64,000 nt of DNA, taken from positions 7,652 through 71,651 of IMG/VR virus record IMGVR_UViG_2974655058_000001; one strand, written 5' to 3'. The notes under the pieces are model-generated. The model made no database searches and was not told where the DNA came from. It saw only the letters and a list, made by a program, of their open reading frames with translations. Positions 1 through 8,365 of this stretch are shown in pieces. This DNA is from a virus (Duplodnaviria; Heunggongvirae; Uroviricota; Caudoviricetes; Demerecviridae). A program made the position numbers and the translations under genes. Position 1 is the first letter of the stretch, and each line of letters opens with the position of its first letter.

Positions 1-46
1 ATAACGGGGCGTTACTTTCGCCCCACTAACTAGGGGAGTAGTACAA

Positions 47-196
47 ATGGTTATTTTTCGGGCTATTTTAGCTGGTATCTTGGGCGCCATTTTATCATTG
101 TTTGCAATAGCTTTCGGTGTTCACGCCGTTATTATCGGCGCGGGTATCGCCGCATTTTCTTATCTGCTGGGCTGCATGACTGGTAAAGGAGAATAA
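47..196 (+). CDS. small hydrophobic membrane peptide (49 aa)
   Basis: ATG after GGGGAG RBS; single TM-like stretch; below the ORF-track cutoff. Confidence 0.4.
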   Translation: MVIFRAILAGILGAILSLFAIAFGVHAVIIGAGIAAFSYLLGCMTGKGE

Positions 197-198
197 AA

Positions 199-411
199 AT
201 GATCCGCAACGTTTCTCTTGCACGTTCGAAAGGCTTTAAGCTGGTGGATGTTAACACGTTCGAGCGGGAAGATTGTAAAATCGAATATGTAGCACGTAAC
301 AAAAATGCCTTTCGTGTTACCGAGAAAAAATTTGACAAGCGCGGCAACGTGATCGCTGAAACGGTTAAACACTTTGCCACCTTTTACGCTGCGTTTCGGG
401 GAGTGTTATAA
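199..411 (+). CDS. hypothetical protein (70 aa)
   Basis: AAGGAG RBS 8 nt upstream of the ATG; ORF track. Confidence 0.55.
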   Translation: MIRNVSLARSKGFKLVDVNTFEREDCKIEYVARNKNAFRVTEKKFDKRGNVIAETVKHFATFYAAFRGVL

Positions 412-412
412 A

Positions 413-757
413 ATGGTTATTTATGAAGGCAATCGCTTTGTTGCTAATTGCCGTCCGGCATTATTAGCAAACTATTTAAATCAGCTTTCCCCAGCTTATA
501 AGGGCGTTATTAATATTTATGAGGGCAAGGCGCATTATAAAATTAATGCGGTCGTTGCCCGTGAACTAGCGTTTCAATTTTTGACCTTTGCATCTTGTGA
601 TATTCAGGTTATGGGTGAAGCATTAATTGCAGAAAATGAAGATGATTTTATTAATATTTTCCGCAAGGTATGCACTGAGCGCCTGATAATGAAAGGCGCA
701 TATATTCAATCAACTGCGGAAAGTATTGAAACAGCTTTCAGAAAGGTGGCGCAATGA
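413..757 (+). CDS. hypothetical protein (alternative start at 374)
   Basis: internal ATG at 413 preceded by GGAG, abutting the stop of the upstream gene; longer ORF 374..757 in the track. Confidence 0.5.
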   Translation: MVIYEGNRFVANCRPALLANYLNQLSPAYKGVINIYEGKAHYKINAVVARELAFQFLTFASCDIQVMGEALIAENEDDFINIFRKVCTERLIMKGAYIQSTAESIETAFRKVAQ

Positions 758-912
758 AAAAGTTTTTAATAGCTGGCATGTTTCCGTTGTTGCCTTATGT
801 AATTTGCTGGGCTTTATACGCTCATGGTGCTAGTGTTCCCGGTGTGGCTTCATTTGGTGTATCGGCGGGCTTTCTAGCGGGACTATTGGCAAATGTATAC
901 TTACGCAAATAA
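754..912 (+). CDS. small membrane protein (52 aa)
   Basis: ATGA start/stop overlap with the upstream gene; hydrophobic. Confidence 0.4.
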   Translation: MKKFLIAGMFPLLPYVICWALYAHGASVPGVASFGVSAGFLAGLLANVYLRK

Positions 913-931
913 TTAATAACGGAGCGTTATT

Positions 932-1126
932 ATGAGCAATAAAATTGTTGTAACCAAAATCAGTACAATGGTTGATGTTTTTTACGTGCCCGATACGCCG
1001 GAAAACCGACAAGCGGTCGAGCGTGGCGAGTATGATAAAGTGATTTATGATCACGATGGCTATTATCAACATTTGGTGGATTCCTACGGGGAAGAGGAAA
1101 AAATCACGCACCGACTACCAGACTAA
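932..1126 (+). CDS. hypothetical protein (64 aa)
   Basis: GGAG RBS; followed by a terminator hairpin. Confidence 0.55.
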   Translation: MSNKIVVTKISTMVDVFYVPDTPENRQAVERGEYDKVIYDHDGYYQHLVDSYGEEEKITHRLPD

Positions 1127-1133
1127 TAATCAC

Positions 1134-1167
1134 GGGGCGCAACTATCAGGGAGTGCCCCCAATTTTC
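1134..1167 (+). terminator. rho-independent terminator closing the plus-strand gene block
   Basis: GGGGC...GCCCC stem followed by AATTTTC. Confidence 0.6.
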
Positions 1168-1188
1168 AAATGAGAATGATTCTCATTT
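1168..1188. repeat. perfect 21-bp palindrome AAATGAGAAT-G-ATTCTCATTT
   Basis: read directly from the sequence. Confidence 0.8.
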
Positions 1189-1382
1189 GACCGCGCCCGC
1201 GATGGTTAGCCTGCTAATGGTTAGGGTGTTACGTGTCGCCTTGTGTGATCGTTAGCTCGCTAACTAATTTCTAAGCCTCCTCCAATTTTACCCTTGTTTT
1301 AGTATCCCCACCAAAATTAAACGCGTTAGAATGCGATTCAGGACGTTTTAGGCCTATATTAGAATTATTCACTGCATAGGAA

Positions 1383-1402
1383 TACTGTATATTTATACAG
1401 TG
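1383..1402. promoter_or_regulatory. LexA (SOS) box-like site TACTGTATATTTATACAGTG
   Basis: CTGT-N8-ACAG with an AT-rich centre, near-perfect match to the E. coli SOS-box consensus. Confidence 0.55.
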
Positions 1403-1414
1403 GAATAACCTGGG

Positions 1415-1432
1415 GATAAGTCTGTGGATAAC
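1415..1432. promoter_or_regulatory. 18-bp direct repeat copy 1 containing a consensus DnaA box TGTGGATAA
   Basis: GATAAGTCTGTGGATAAC; the reverse complement contains TTATCCACA. Confidence 0.55.
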
Positions 1433-1475
1433 GCTTCAAAATGGCTAGGATTTTGTCAAGTCAAATCGTGCTGTT

Positions 1476-1493
1476 GATAAGTCTGTGGATAAC
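1476..1493. promoter_or_regulatory. 18-bp direct repeat copy 2 with a DnaA box TGTGGATAA, plus a 1-mismatch box TGTTGATAA upstream
   Basis: identical 18-mer 61 bp downstream of copy 1. Confidence 0.55.
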
Positions 1494-1499
1494 TTAAAT

Positions 1500-1712
1500 A
1501 ACAGTGTTTCTCACTTCCATTTTTAAATGCGAATCATTATCATTTGCATTTCACTGTCTAACTGATAATCATTCCACTTTTTAAATGAGAATCATTTCAC
1601 TTCTTGAATAGTTCTCATTCCCTTTCTTAAATGCAAATCATTCCGCTTTTTAAATGAGAATAATTATCATTCGCATTCCGCTTTTTAAATGATAATGCTT
1701 CTCATTCAAAGT
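1500..1712. repeat. about five degenerate tandem copies of the AT-rich motif TTTTTAAATGAGAATCATT (Fur-box-like GAGAAT..ATTATC cores)
   Basis: visible periodic repeats of 35-45 bp. Confidence 0.6.
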
Positions 1713-1713
1713 C

Positions 1714-1740
1714 GCAGGGCAATTGCCCTGCGCTTTTGTG
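1714..1740 (+). terminator. hairpin GCAGGGC-AATT-GCCCTGC followed by GCTTTTGTG
   Basis: GC stem followed by a T-run. Confidence 0.5.
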
Positions 1741-1959
1741 CAAATCCGACATTGCTCCACGGGTGTTACGTGCGGGCATGTATGTGCGAATCCGACAATT
1801 TTTGGTAGTGTGCAAATCCGACCCGAAAAATTTTTATAGTGTGCAAATCCGACAATGAATTTTCCCAAAAACTCCAGCAATCACGAACTGCGTTCGAATC
1901 CTGTGGAATTAGCTAGAATATGTGCAAATCCGACATGTGTTGAGATGTGCGAATCCGAC
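1738..1959. repeat. iteron cluster: six copies of GTGC(A/G)AATCCGAC
   Basis: copies at 1738, 1784, 1810, 1841, 1922 and 1947. Confidence 0.8.
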
Positions 1960-2289
1960 AAGATTTTTATGACTTCGATGAGAGGGTGTGTGATTGTATA
2001 GGTTTGAGGAAAAGATGAGAGAGCGAGAGAAATTTTGGTACTAGAAGGGTGTGGGCGCAGGATTGGTGCGGAGCACCTGATTTGCGGGGATTTTGGGGAA
2101 GAGTTGAGATAATTTGGGGAAATTTGAGATAGGTGCAGAAAAAGTAAAATTTTATTAGCAAAACGGGGCAAAATAGCTTGACAAGTGAAAATTCTTGTGG
2201 CTCTAAAAACTCAGGCAATCATGGGCCTTCGGCCCGAAATAATGCTGCTATTTTCAGGAGAGTAAGAGTTCCTAAAAACTTAGGCGTTT

Positions 2290-2337
2290 GTGCAAATCCG
2301 ACCAGTTTTTAAACTCCTGTCAGTGTGCAAATCCGAC
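2290..2337. repeat. two further GTGCAAATCCGAC iterons
   Basis: copies at 2290 and 2325. Confidence 0.8.
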
Positions 2338-2339
2338 AG

Positions 2340-2800
2340 TAATTTCTGGAAATGTGTTTTCAAAAAATGTCTCCTAGAAATAACCGCCCTCCCTATAACC
2401 GCCCTGTATTAACCGCCTATTGCTAGAGTTTCTAGGAATATGAAAACCGCCTGAGTTGACTAGAGAAACAGATTTAAAGTTTAATGTAAACTCTAGAGTT
2501 AGTGCTCAACTATTCCTAGAAACTTAGGAGTCTAGAAGAAAGTGTTGTGCCATCCTAGCAGATGAGCGGCAACAGGTGTATCATCTTGAACACAGATATT
2601 GCCATTAAAAATATTTAAATAATATAAAGAAAAAGAGACCCCCAATTTCATGAGAGTCTCTCCTGGGGGGCGCGTGATTAATTACGTGAGTACTCATGCC
2701 GTCATACCGCTGTTGCTAGGCCGCAAGCTATACGAGACATTCGTGTAATAATCATCGCCCCTAGAGTTAATCAACTAGAGTAGTTGTTAATCTATGAGAT
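2340..2800. repeat. region with four (T)AACCGCC repeats and more than ten CTAGA/CTAGAG motifs
   Basis: AACCGCC at about 2383, 2398, 2412 and 2446; CTAG-containing hexamers recur. Confidence 0.5.
2633..2680. terminator. bidirectional hairpin CCCCCA...TGGGGGG
   Basis: inverted repeat with flanking A/T runs. Confidence 0.4.
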
Positions 2801-2848
2801 TATTATAACATGTTTGGGTATGAGAATGCAAGAACTTTTTGTTAACTT

Positions 2849-3562
2849 TTATTCCTCCTTCTTGGATTTGAGTTTGATACCTAAGGATGCGAAGTAGATA
2901 TAAGTTGCTAAATAGGAAGCAGTGGATCCTGTATCATCGTAATCCATAGTTCCGCGAGCTGCTCTAGTATACTCAGGAGCGTAGTTTAATATCGTGTAAC
3001 TTGGCATTCCTAGCGACTTACATAGTTCTTTAAATGTATCCTCATATTTATGGCACATGAAATGCACAGCATTTTCTAGGGGCGTTAACTCTAGATCTTT
3101 ATGTAGAGCTACAGTCAAACTCGCTAACATCGTGCCAATCCCACGATAAACTTCATCTTTAACTAGAGTTGGTTTCTCTTTTTCTAGTGGAGGAAGGTGG
3201 GCATATTTGCCGTGTTTGAAAGGAATAAGATCTTCACTAGCTAATGCTTCTTTAAATGATGCTTCCTTAAATCTTGGGAGATCTTCATCGATTAGGATAT
3301 GAATAGCATTAGAAGAGAAACCCTTTGCTTCAGGATCTAAAGCTTTCAACGCTTTATTCACCTCTACATATGAGCCTGACCAAACAACTTGTTTTGCATC
3401 ACGATCATATTTGATCTTACCTTTATCCCACCTAGCAGGATAATGATCTCCTAAAAACATTACTGCATATTTTTCTTCATCAGTTAGCTGGGAAAGACTC
3501 TTTTGTGTAGCACCACGTGCTAACTGGATGAGACGTTTTAATTTTTCAGCTTCTTTAATCAT
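2849..3562 (-). CDS. hypothetical protein (237 aa)
   Basis: ORF track; the first minus-strand early gene. Confidence 0.6.
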   Translation of the reverse strand: MIKEAEKLKRLIQLARGATQKSLSQLTDEEKYAVMFLGDHYPARWDKGKIKYDRDAKQVVWSGSYVEVNKALKALDPEAKGFSSNAIHILIDEDLPRFKEASFKEALASEDLIPFKHGKYAHLPPLEKEKPTLVKDEVYRGIGTMLASLTVALHKDLELTPLENAVHFMCHKYEDTFKELCKSLGMPSYTILNYAPEYTRAARGTMDYDDTGSTASYLATYIYFASLGIKLKSKKEE

Positions 3563-3906
3563 ATATCAGACGCTTGCTCCCCTGTTTCTTTCTTTTCTGG
3601 CTTAGGTTTTCTTGCAATCTCTGCAAAGGTTCCTTTAGTTCTTTCTTTAGCTGGAAGATCTACTTTATACCATAGGATTCCTAATTGTTGTGCTAAGTGA
3701 GCTATATTCTTTGGTGTTATACTTGGAATATCTTCCCTATCAGAAACTTTAGAAATTATATCAAATAACTCTCCTATTTTTGGCTTATTAGTAGTTATTA
3801 GAATATATTCTAATGTTTCTATTTCTACATTTTCATCTTTATAGTAAAGACTAAGAGTAATTAAATCGTCACCAGCAGAAGTTATTTTTGTTTTACCAAA
3901 TATCAT
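3559..3906 (-). CDS. hypothetical protein
   Basis: ORF track; ATGA overlap with the downstream gene. Confidence 0.55.
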   Translation of the reverse strand: MIFGKTKITSAGDDLITLSLYYKDENVEIETLEYILITTNKPKIGELFDIISKVSDREDIPSITPKNIAHLAQQLGILWYKVDLPAKERTKGTFAEIARKPKPEKKETGEQASDI

Positions 3907-3964
3907 TAACTGCCTCTCTTATCTTCATTAATAGCAGCTCCCAATGCTTCCATAATTGCATCTT

Positions 3965-4519
3965 CTAGACTTCCACTCTTACAGGATTGTTCATAGGAAT
4001 AGTATAAACAGACTTATTAAAAACTCCGGAGTCCACAGGCGCTACGCTTTTCATGTCAGATTCAAAAGCTTCTTGGGTGTGTTTCAACTGTACAGAAGGC
4101 CCATAATCTTCACCAACTCGATATGAGGAATTATTTTCTATAACGCCACCGCATGGAACATTGTGCAAATCCGACGTTATTTTAGGACTGTTCCACATTG
4201 TAATTGGCCCTGACTGCCACGGATCTCGAATAGTCACAGGGGTACTAGGACGGTTAACCTCAGTCTTCACAAGTTTATAACCAGCATCGATTAGTGTATT
4301 AATTATATTATCAGCTGGGATGCGAGCTTTGCCAAAGATCTTACGAGCGTTGTTGAGCCTACCTTCAAAATCTTTACATGCTTTAATATTAGTGTGTGCA
4401 AAGGTTAGCTTCATAGATTTGAACTGTACAGTGGCAGTTAAATCTTTAAAGCTATAATCCCACGTATTTAGTTCATGATCGGGTACTACTTGAATAGATT
4501 GTTGTGCATATAAAGTCAT
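3965..4519 (-). CDS. hypothetical protein (184 aa)
   Basis: ORF track. Confidence 0.55.
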   Translation of the reverse strand: MTLYAQQSIQVVPDHELNTWDYSFKDLTATVQFKSMKLTFAHTNIKACKDFEGRLNNARKIFGKARIPADNIINTLIDAGYKLVKTEVNRPSTPVTIRDPWQSGPITMWNSPKITSDLHNVPCGGVIENNSSYRVGEDYGPSVQLKHTQEAFESDMKSVAPVDSGVFNKSVYTIPMNNPVRVEV

Positions 4520-4704
4520 TACTTATTCTCCAGTTTGTCTAGCAGTTTATGAGCTGCTAGATTATATTGTTTAAGCTCACGGTTAAGGATTTGGTTCTCA
4601 CACTTTAACTCTAAATTCTTATTATTAAGAATATTGCAGATTAGTAGAAGTGCTAGTATAACTAGTAGCGAACCTACAAGCATTAAAAGAAAAAGAGTTT
4701 CCAT
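4519..4704 (-). CDS. small membrane protein with one TM and a coiled coil
   Basis: N-terminal TM helix followed by a heptad-like segment. Confidence 0.5.
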   Translation of the reverse strand: METLFLLMLVGSLLVILALLLICNILNNKNLELKCENQILNRELKQYNLAAHKLLDKLENK

Positions 4705-4937
4705 TATTTAATTCCCATGTAACGTTTGAGATACGTGATGAAGTCTTCTGTTGTATGTTCTATGCTACCCTGAACCACAAACAACTTTAAAGCCTCACGC
4801 TGTAATTTAAGAGCAGCTAACTCACCACGTAATTTTGTTAGATCTTCCGCTAGTTCTCTAGCTCTGCGCATAATAGCAAATGATACTAATGTTACAATAA
4901 ATAACATAACTGCTAAAATAATTACTATGATTTCCAT
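4704..4937 (-). CDS. small membrane protein with one TM and a coiled coil
   Basis: TM helix then RARELAEDLTKLRGELAALKLQ coiled coil. Confidence 0.5.
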   Translation of the reverse strand: MEIIVIILAVMLFIVTLVSFAIMRRARELAEDLTKLRGELAALKLQREALKLFVVQGSIEHTTEDFITYLKRYMGIK

Positions 4938-5215
4938 ATTAACATCCAGCTCTTATCGTATACTTGGGCATGTTCTACTAATTCATTTATCGATATAGAA
5001 TTATCGTAGATACCCTCTAGTAAACGTTTTCTGTCAAATTTATCAACCAAATACTCTGTGTCATTTATTACTACCCTATACAGCTCTGGAACTAAGGGGT
5101 GTTTGTTTGGTATTGGGCGACTACCTAAGTCTATTTCATTATACCCCCACGTTGTTTTAAATAGTTTATTACTAAGTGCTGCTAGTGGGTTTGACCATAC
5201 AATATAGCTACTCAC
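4925..5215 (-). CDS. hypothetical protein
   Basis: ORF track. Confidence 0.5.
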   Translation of the reverse strand: MSSYIVWSNPLAALSNKLFKTTWGYNEIDLGSRPIPNKHPLVPELYRVVINDTEYLVDKFDRKRLLEGIYDNSISINELVEHAQVYDKSWMLIWKS

Positions 5216-5654
5216 TATTTATCTCCATTCTTAGCTTTGAAAACTTATTATACCAAACTATATGATTATCGTCAATTACAAATTTATGGTAACATGCTGG
5301 TACGGTATAAGTTCCATAATCCGTGACACGCTGCACAACCTTGTGTGCACACAGTCGACAACCATGCCCTTCTAAATGAGATCTAGCAGTCTGCCAGTAA
5401 TAACCATCATGGTCTGGACAATAGATCTCGACTTGCTGTTGCATTGTCTTATAATTTACACGCTCATACCCAAAGAAAGCCCCGTGAGCTGCAATGGCTT
5501 TCTTGATAAATATAAGGTTTAGCGCCTCTTGTTGAAAATCGGGATGTAGCTGTTTAATCTTAGTTCTATTAATAGATCCATCCGATTTGATGAACCTATT
5601 TATTGGAAAGTTGTTAGCTTCCTCGATTAATAGTTCATTTACTTTCTCTCTCAT
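5208..5654 (-). CDS. hypothetical protein with a Cys/His cluster (possible Zn-finger or HNH-like)
   Basis: CPDHDG...H...GHGCRLCAH; start trimmed to an internal ATG that abuts the stop of the upstream gene. Confidence 0.45.
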   Translation of the reverse strand: MREKVNELLIEEANNFPINRFIKSDGSINRTKIKQLHPDFQQEALNLIFIKKAIAAHGAFFGYERVNYKTMQQQVEIYCPDHDGYYWQTARSHLEGHGCRLCAHKVVQRVTDYGTYTVPACYHKFVIDDNHIVWYNKFSKLRMEINSE

Positions 5655-5655
5655 A

Positions 5656-5859
5656 TTAGATACTCTCACAACTAAGGTAGAAACATTCGTAAGCATCCCC
5701 AGTAAACTCTTTATCCTGTAGTAAACACTTAGCTTGGTCTTCCGGTACTCCAGCATCTAATAATTGTTGTTTACTTGGCTTTTCAGCGAATACTTTTACA
5801 AAATACTCACCATCCTGATTATATTCATTTATATCTCTAGTAAGGACATATACTTGCAT
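5656..5859 (-). CDS. hypothetical small protein
   Basis: ORF track; tightly coupled to the downstream gene. Confidence 0.45.
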   Translation of the reverse strand: MQVYVLTRDINEYNQDGEYFVKVFAEKPSKQQLLDAGVPEDQAKCLLQDKEFTGDAYECFYLSCESI

Positions 5860-5880
5860 TTGAAGTTCCTTGAAAACATA

Positions 5881-5912
5881 AAAGGCCAGAACAATTAAGT
5901 CCTGGCCTCCTA
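5881..5912 (-). terminator. rho-independent terminator (minus strand)
   Basis: GGCCAGG...CTGGCC stem followed by TTTTATGTTTTC on the minus strand. Confidence 0.55.
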
Positions 5913-5915
5913 AAA

Positions 5916-6287
5916 TTAATGAAGTTGTTTACCACTTCTTAACATAGTGGCCGTTTCCATAAGACCTAGCGTAGTATCACGCTTATTGATCTGTTTACCA
6001 AGTTCATCAGTACGTTTACTGATGTAAGCATTAATAGCCATATTCATAGCTGTAGCGAGATCTTCTTTGGTTATCTCTTCATCGTCTAAAGCTAATTTAG
6101 CCAAAGAATCAAATGTGCTAGAGAGTCCTATAAGATCTGAGGTTTCTCCAGCCAAAATAGGATTAATATTATCTACTGTTACTTCTAGCATGGAGTTAAC
6201 AATATCTTCACCGTCTATTAGACCAAATTCAATATTACTCTCCCACTCCTTCATCTGTTCCAGCAATGGATTTTTCTTTTCTGTCAT
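5916..6287 (-). CDS. hypothetical protein (longer ORF extends to 6353)
   Basis: ORF track; internal start chosen to reduce overlap. Confidence 0.4.
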   Translation of the reverse strand: MTEKKNPLLEQMKEWESNIEFGLIDGEDIVNSMLEVTVDNINPILAGETSDLIGLSSTFDSLAKLALDDEEITKEDLATAMNMAINAYISKRTDELGKQINKRDTTLGLMETATMLRSGKQLH

Positions 6288-6696
6288 GGTAGAGGTTTCC
6301 TGTATCTGTGGGTAAGAAGGATGATTGCGTTTTAGGTGGATGTTGCTTAGCAATCCAGTTAAGAATCAGCACGCGACTAGGAACAATATCGGTGTTATAC
6401 CAAAAATCGTGAACCCATTGACGAGCATCTTCAAACTTACCAAATTTATACGCTTTCTTAAACAATTCAAATCCAAAACAATCTGGTGTAAAGTCTACTT
6501 CGCGATATTGAATTACTTTAGAACCTGTTAAGTCTTGAATCGCTGCATTAATTTCTGTATGTGAGAACTTTGTTTCATGAAACTTATTAAAGAATCGGTA
6601 ATTGAAGCGTCCATTCGTTTCGACAAATAACTGGATGAAGAGATCGTTAAATTGGTTATCAAACCAGTAATTCTGTAGTTGTTGTAGTGCTGTCAT
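6235..6696 (-). CDS. hypothetical protein (153 aa)
   Basis: ORF track. Confidence 0.55.
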   Translation of the reverse strand: MTALQQLQNYWFDNQFNDLFIQLFVETNGRFNYRFFNKFHETKFSHTEINAAIQDLTGSKVIQYREVDFTPDCFGFELFKKAYKFGKFEDARQWVHDFWYNTDIVPSRVLILNWIAKQHPPKTQSSFLPTDTGNLYHDRKEKSIAGTDEGVGE

Positions 6697-6893
6697 TTAC
6701 GAACCCCGTTAATTGCCATAATGATGCCTTCGTACATAAAAGGAAGTAACCCAGAAGTATAGAATATATTTTCCGTTATTCCTAGATGTCGAAAAAGTAT
6801 ATTAAACAATGCTGTTAGAAATACAACCTGAGGCAGTAATACAAAATACTCAGTTACAATCTTTGGTGCCTGATAAACAAGACGTTTTATCAT
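6693..6893 (-). CDS. small membrane protein
   Basis: two hydrophobic segments. Confidence 0.45.
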   Translation of the reverse strand: MIKRLVYQAPKIVTEYFVLLPQVVFLTALFNILFRHLGITENIFYTSGLLPFMYEGIIMAINGVRK

Positions 6894-6992
6894 TGTTTTT
6901 AAGTCTCCTTATTACTTTGGCCTGCTCCACAATAATGAAAACTGCGAGCACTAATAGTGCTATTAGTCCCGCAGTAACTGGTACTAGATCAA

Positions 6993-7319
6993 TCATGGGA
7001 GACGCCATACATAATTAGCTGTCTGTAGAACTTCGGAAACACCATCATGTTGCATCACTACAGACGTTGGAGAGTAACTATTCGCCAGTTCTGTACGAAC
7101 CATCTCACGTTCTTCTCCAGTTTCAATATTTTTAACAACCACCTTCATTTTGAGAGGTGTCAGTTCAGAGAGCGGTTTCCAAGAGTCCTCAATTTCAATT
7201 CCTACCTTTTTCTCGATTACCATGAGAACTTCTAGTGTGTCATCTGGAATACTAATATTATTATTTACAAACTGTAACAGCTCATGCAAAGTATTTAATT
7301 CGTTAAAATTAAGTTTCAT
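6993..7319 (-). CDS. hypothetical protein
   Basis: ORF track; start trimmed to the MKLNF ATG just after the upstream stop. Confidence 0.5.
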   Translation of the reverse strand: MKLNFNELNTLHELLQFVNNNISIPDDTLEVLMVIEKKVGIEIEDSWKPLSELTPLKMKVVVKNIETGEEREMVRTELANSYSPTSVVMQHDGVSEVLQTANYVWRLP

Positions 7320-7554
7320 CTTTAAGAATATCCTCAACCATATCACAGGACTGTTGCAATTCGTCAGCAATGCGCTTAATATCGGTCTTTGTTACTTTAC
7401 CAATTAACATCACCAGTAACATAGAAAAGATAATAAGTGGAACTGGAATAACAAATAATGCTACCTTAGCTACATTCTTTGGTGCCCATGTGTGGTACTT
7501 AGTAACTAGAACTCCCACCACGATTAGATAAAATGCTAGAATAAACATCATCAT
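7309..7554 (-). CDS. membrane protein (2 TM)
   Basis: hydrophobic helices. Confidence 0.5.
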   Translation of the reverse strand: MMMFILAFYLIVVGVLVTKYHTWAPKNVAKVALFVIPVPLIIFSMLLVMLIGKVTKTDIKRIADELQQSCDMVEDILKDET

Positions 7555-7832
7555 TTTTTAATCTCCGTGATTATCTGTGTACGCATTACTTTAGCGGGTA
7601 ATTTATTATTACCAATTATTGCCTCGATATTATTTAATTTTTCTTTAAGAATATCTGAGCGTCTTTGTGCTAATTCAATATCTTGCTCTTGCTCTAGCAA
7701 GCGGTGGTGTAGCCCATCATTAGTAATGAGCATACTTTCCATGTTTTTCCGTGCATTCACAATCCCAATAACTCCACCAATCGCTACTAGCGTAGTAAGA
7801 ATTAGTAACCCAATAAGAATTTCTATAATCAT
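7551..7832 (-). CDS. membrane protein (TM plus coiled coil)
   Basis: N-terminal TM helix. Confidence 0.5.
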   Translation of the reverse strand: MIIEILIGLLILTTLVAIGGVIGIVNARKNMESMLITNDGLHHRLLEQEQDIELAQRRSDILKEKLNNIEAIIGNNKLPAKVMRTQIITEIKK

Positions 7833-8365
7833 TTATTTAGTTCCTCTAAAGTAGGAAAGAGTTTTGTATGATCAAAAGTTTCTACAACAGCGTTAGACCC
7901 ATGTAGCTCTAAACGAAGTTTATTAGCTCTTTGAACCACTAATTCTAGATCTAAGAAATCAAAATACCCACCATGTACTAACTTTTTGTATGAATCTACA
8001 ACCCTTACTTCCCATTTTTGCTTTTGTTTATGCCAAAAGATTCCCAAATACCCTGATTTGCTCCTTGCTGTTCTATTTCTAGAATTTTCTTGGTTGTTAG
8101 ATTCTCTAAGGTTAGCCCACCTATTATCACTCCGTATACGATTTACGTGGTCTATTACTTCGGGAATATAACCTTCCATATAGAGGAAGGCTAGTCGATG
8201 TGCTTTGTAACCTACTTTATCTACTCTTATCTCTAGATACCCAGTCTTTCTTAGACAGCCAGCAATACTACCAGCTTTTTGATTACCTATACTTACTAAT
8301 CTAATAAACTCGCCCGTTTCCGGGCGGTATTCCAATAATTCTTTTAATCTTTCTTGTGTTATCAT
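7829..8365 (-). CDS. HNH homing endonuclease (AP2/HNH_3-type), paralog 1
   Basis: shares the MITQERLKEL..PETGEF N-terminus and the H..N..H core with three other ORFs. Confidence 0.75.
   Translation of the reverse strand: MITQERLKELLEYRPETGEFIRLVSIGNQKAGSIAGCLRKTGYLEIRVDKVGYKAHRLAFLYMEGYIPEVIDHVNRIRSDNRWANLRESNNQENSRNRTARSKSGYLGIFWHKQKQKWEVRVVDSYKKLVHGGYFDFLDLELVVQRANKLRLELHGSNAVVETFDHTKLFPTLEELNK

Larger units (their letters stand above)
1130..2848. other. ORF-free repeat-rich regulatory region (injection-stop-signal-like / origin-like)
   Basis: 1.7 kb without credible ORFs, densely packed with palindromes, a LexA box, DnaA boxes, iterons and hairpins. Confidence 0.6.

Noticed and set aside
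830-1111. 93-aa minus-strand ORF
   Set aside because: Antisense to two RBS-supported plus-strand small genes and a terminator; no RBS; likely spurious.
1650-2218. Minus-strand ORFs 1650..1880, 1881..2171 and 1967..2218
   Set aside because: They lie entirely within the iteron/repeat region, have low-complexity translations, and have no RBS or promoter context.
1738-2337. Possible CRISPR array
   Set aside because: The repeats are only 13 bp, irregularly spaced (25-343 bp) and lack uniform spacers; an iteron array fits better.
6067-7407. Plus-strand ORFs 6067..6315, 6325..6531, 6809..7018, 7047..7235 and 7150..7407
   Set aside because: All are antisense to a contiguous, tightly coupled minus-strand gene series.
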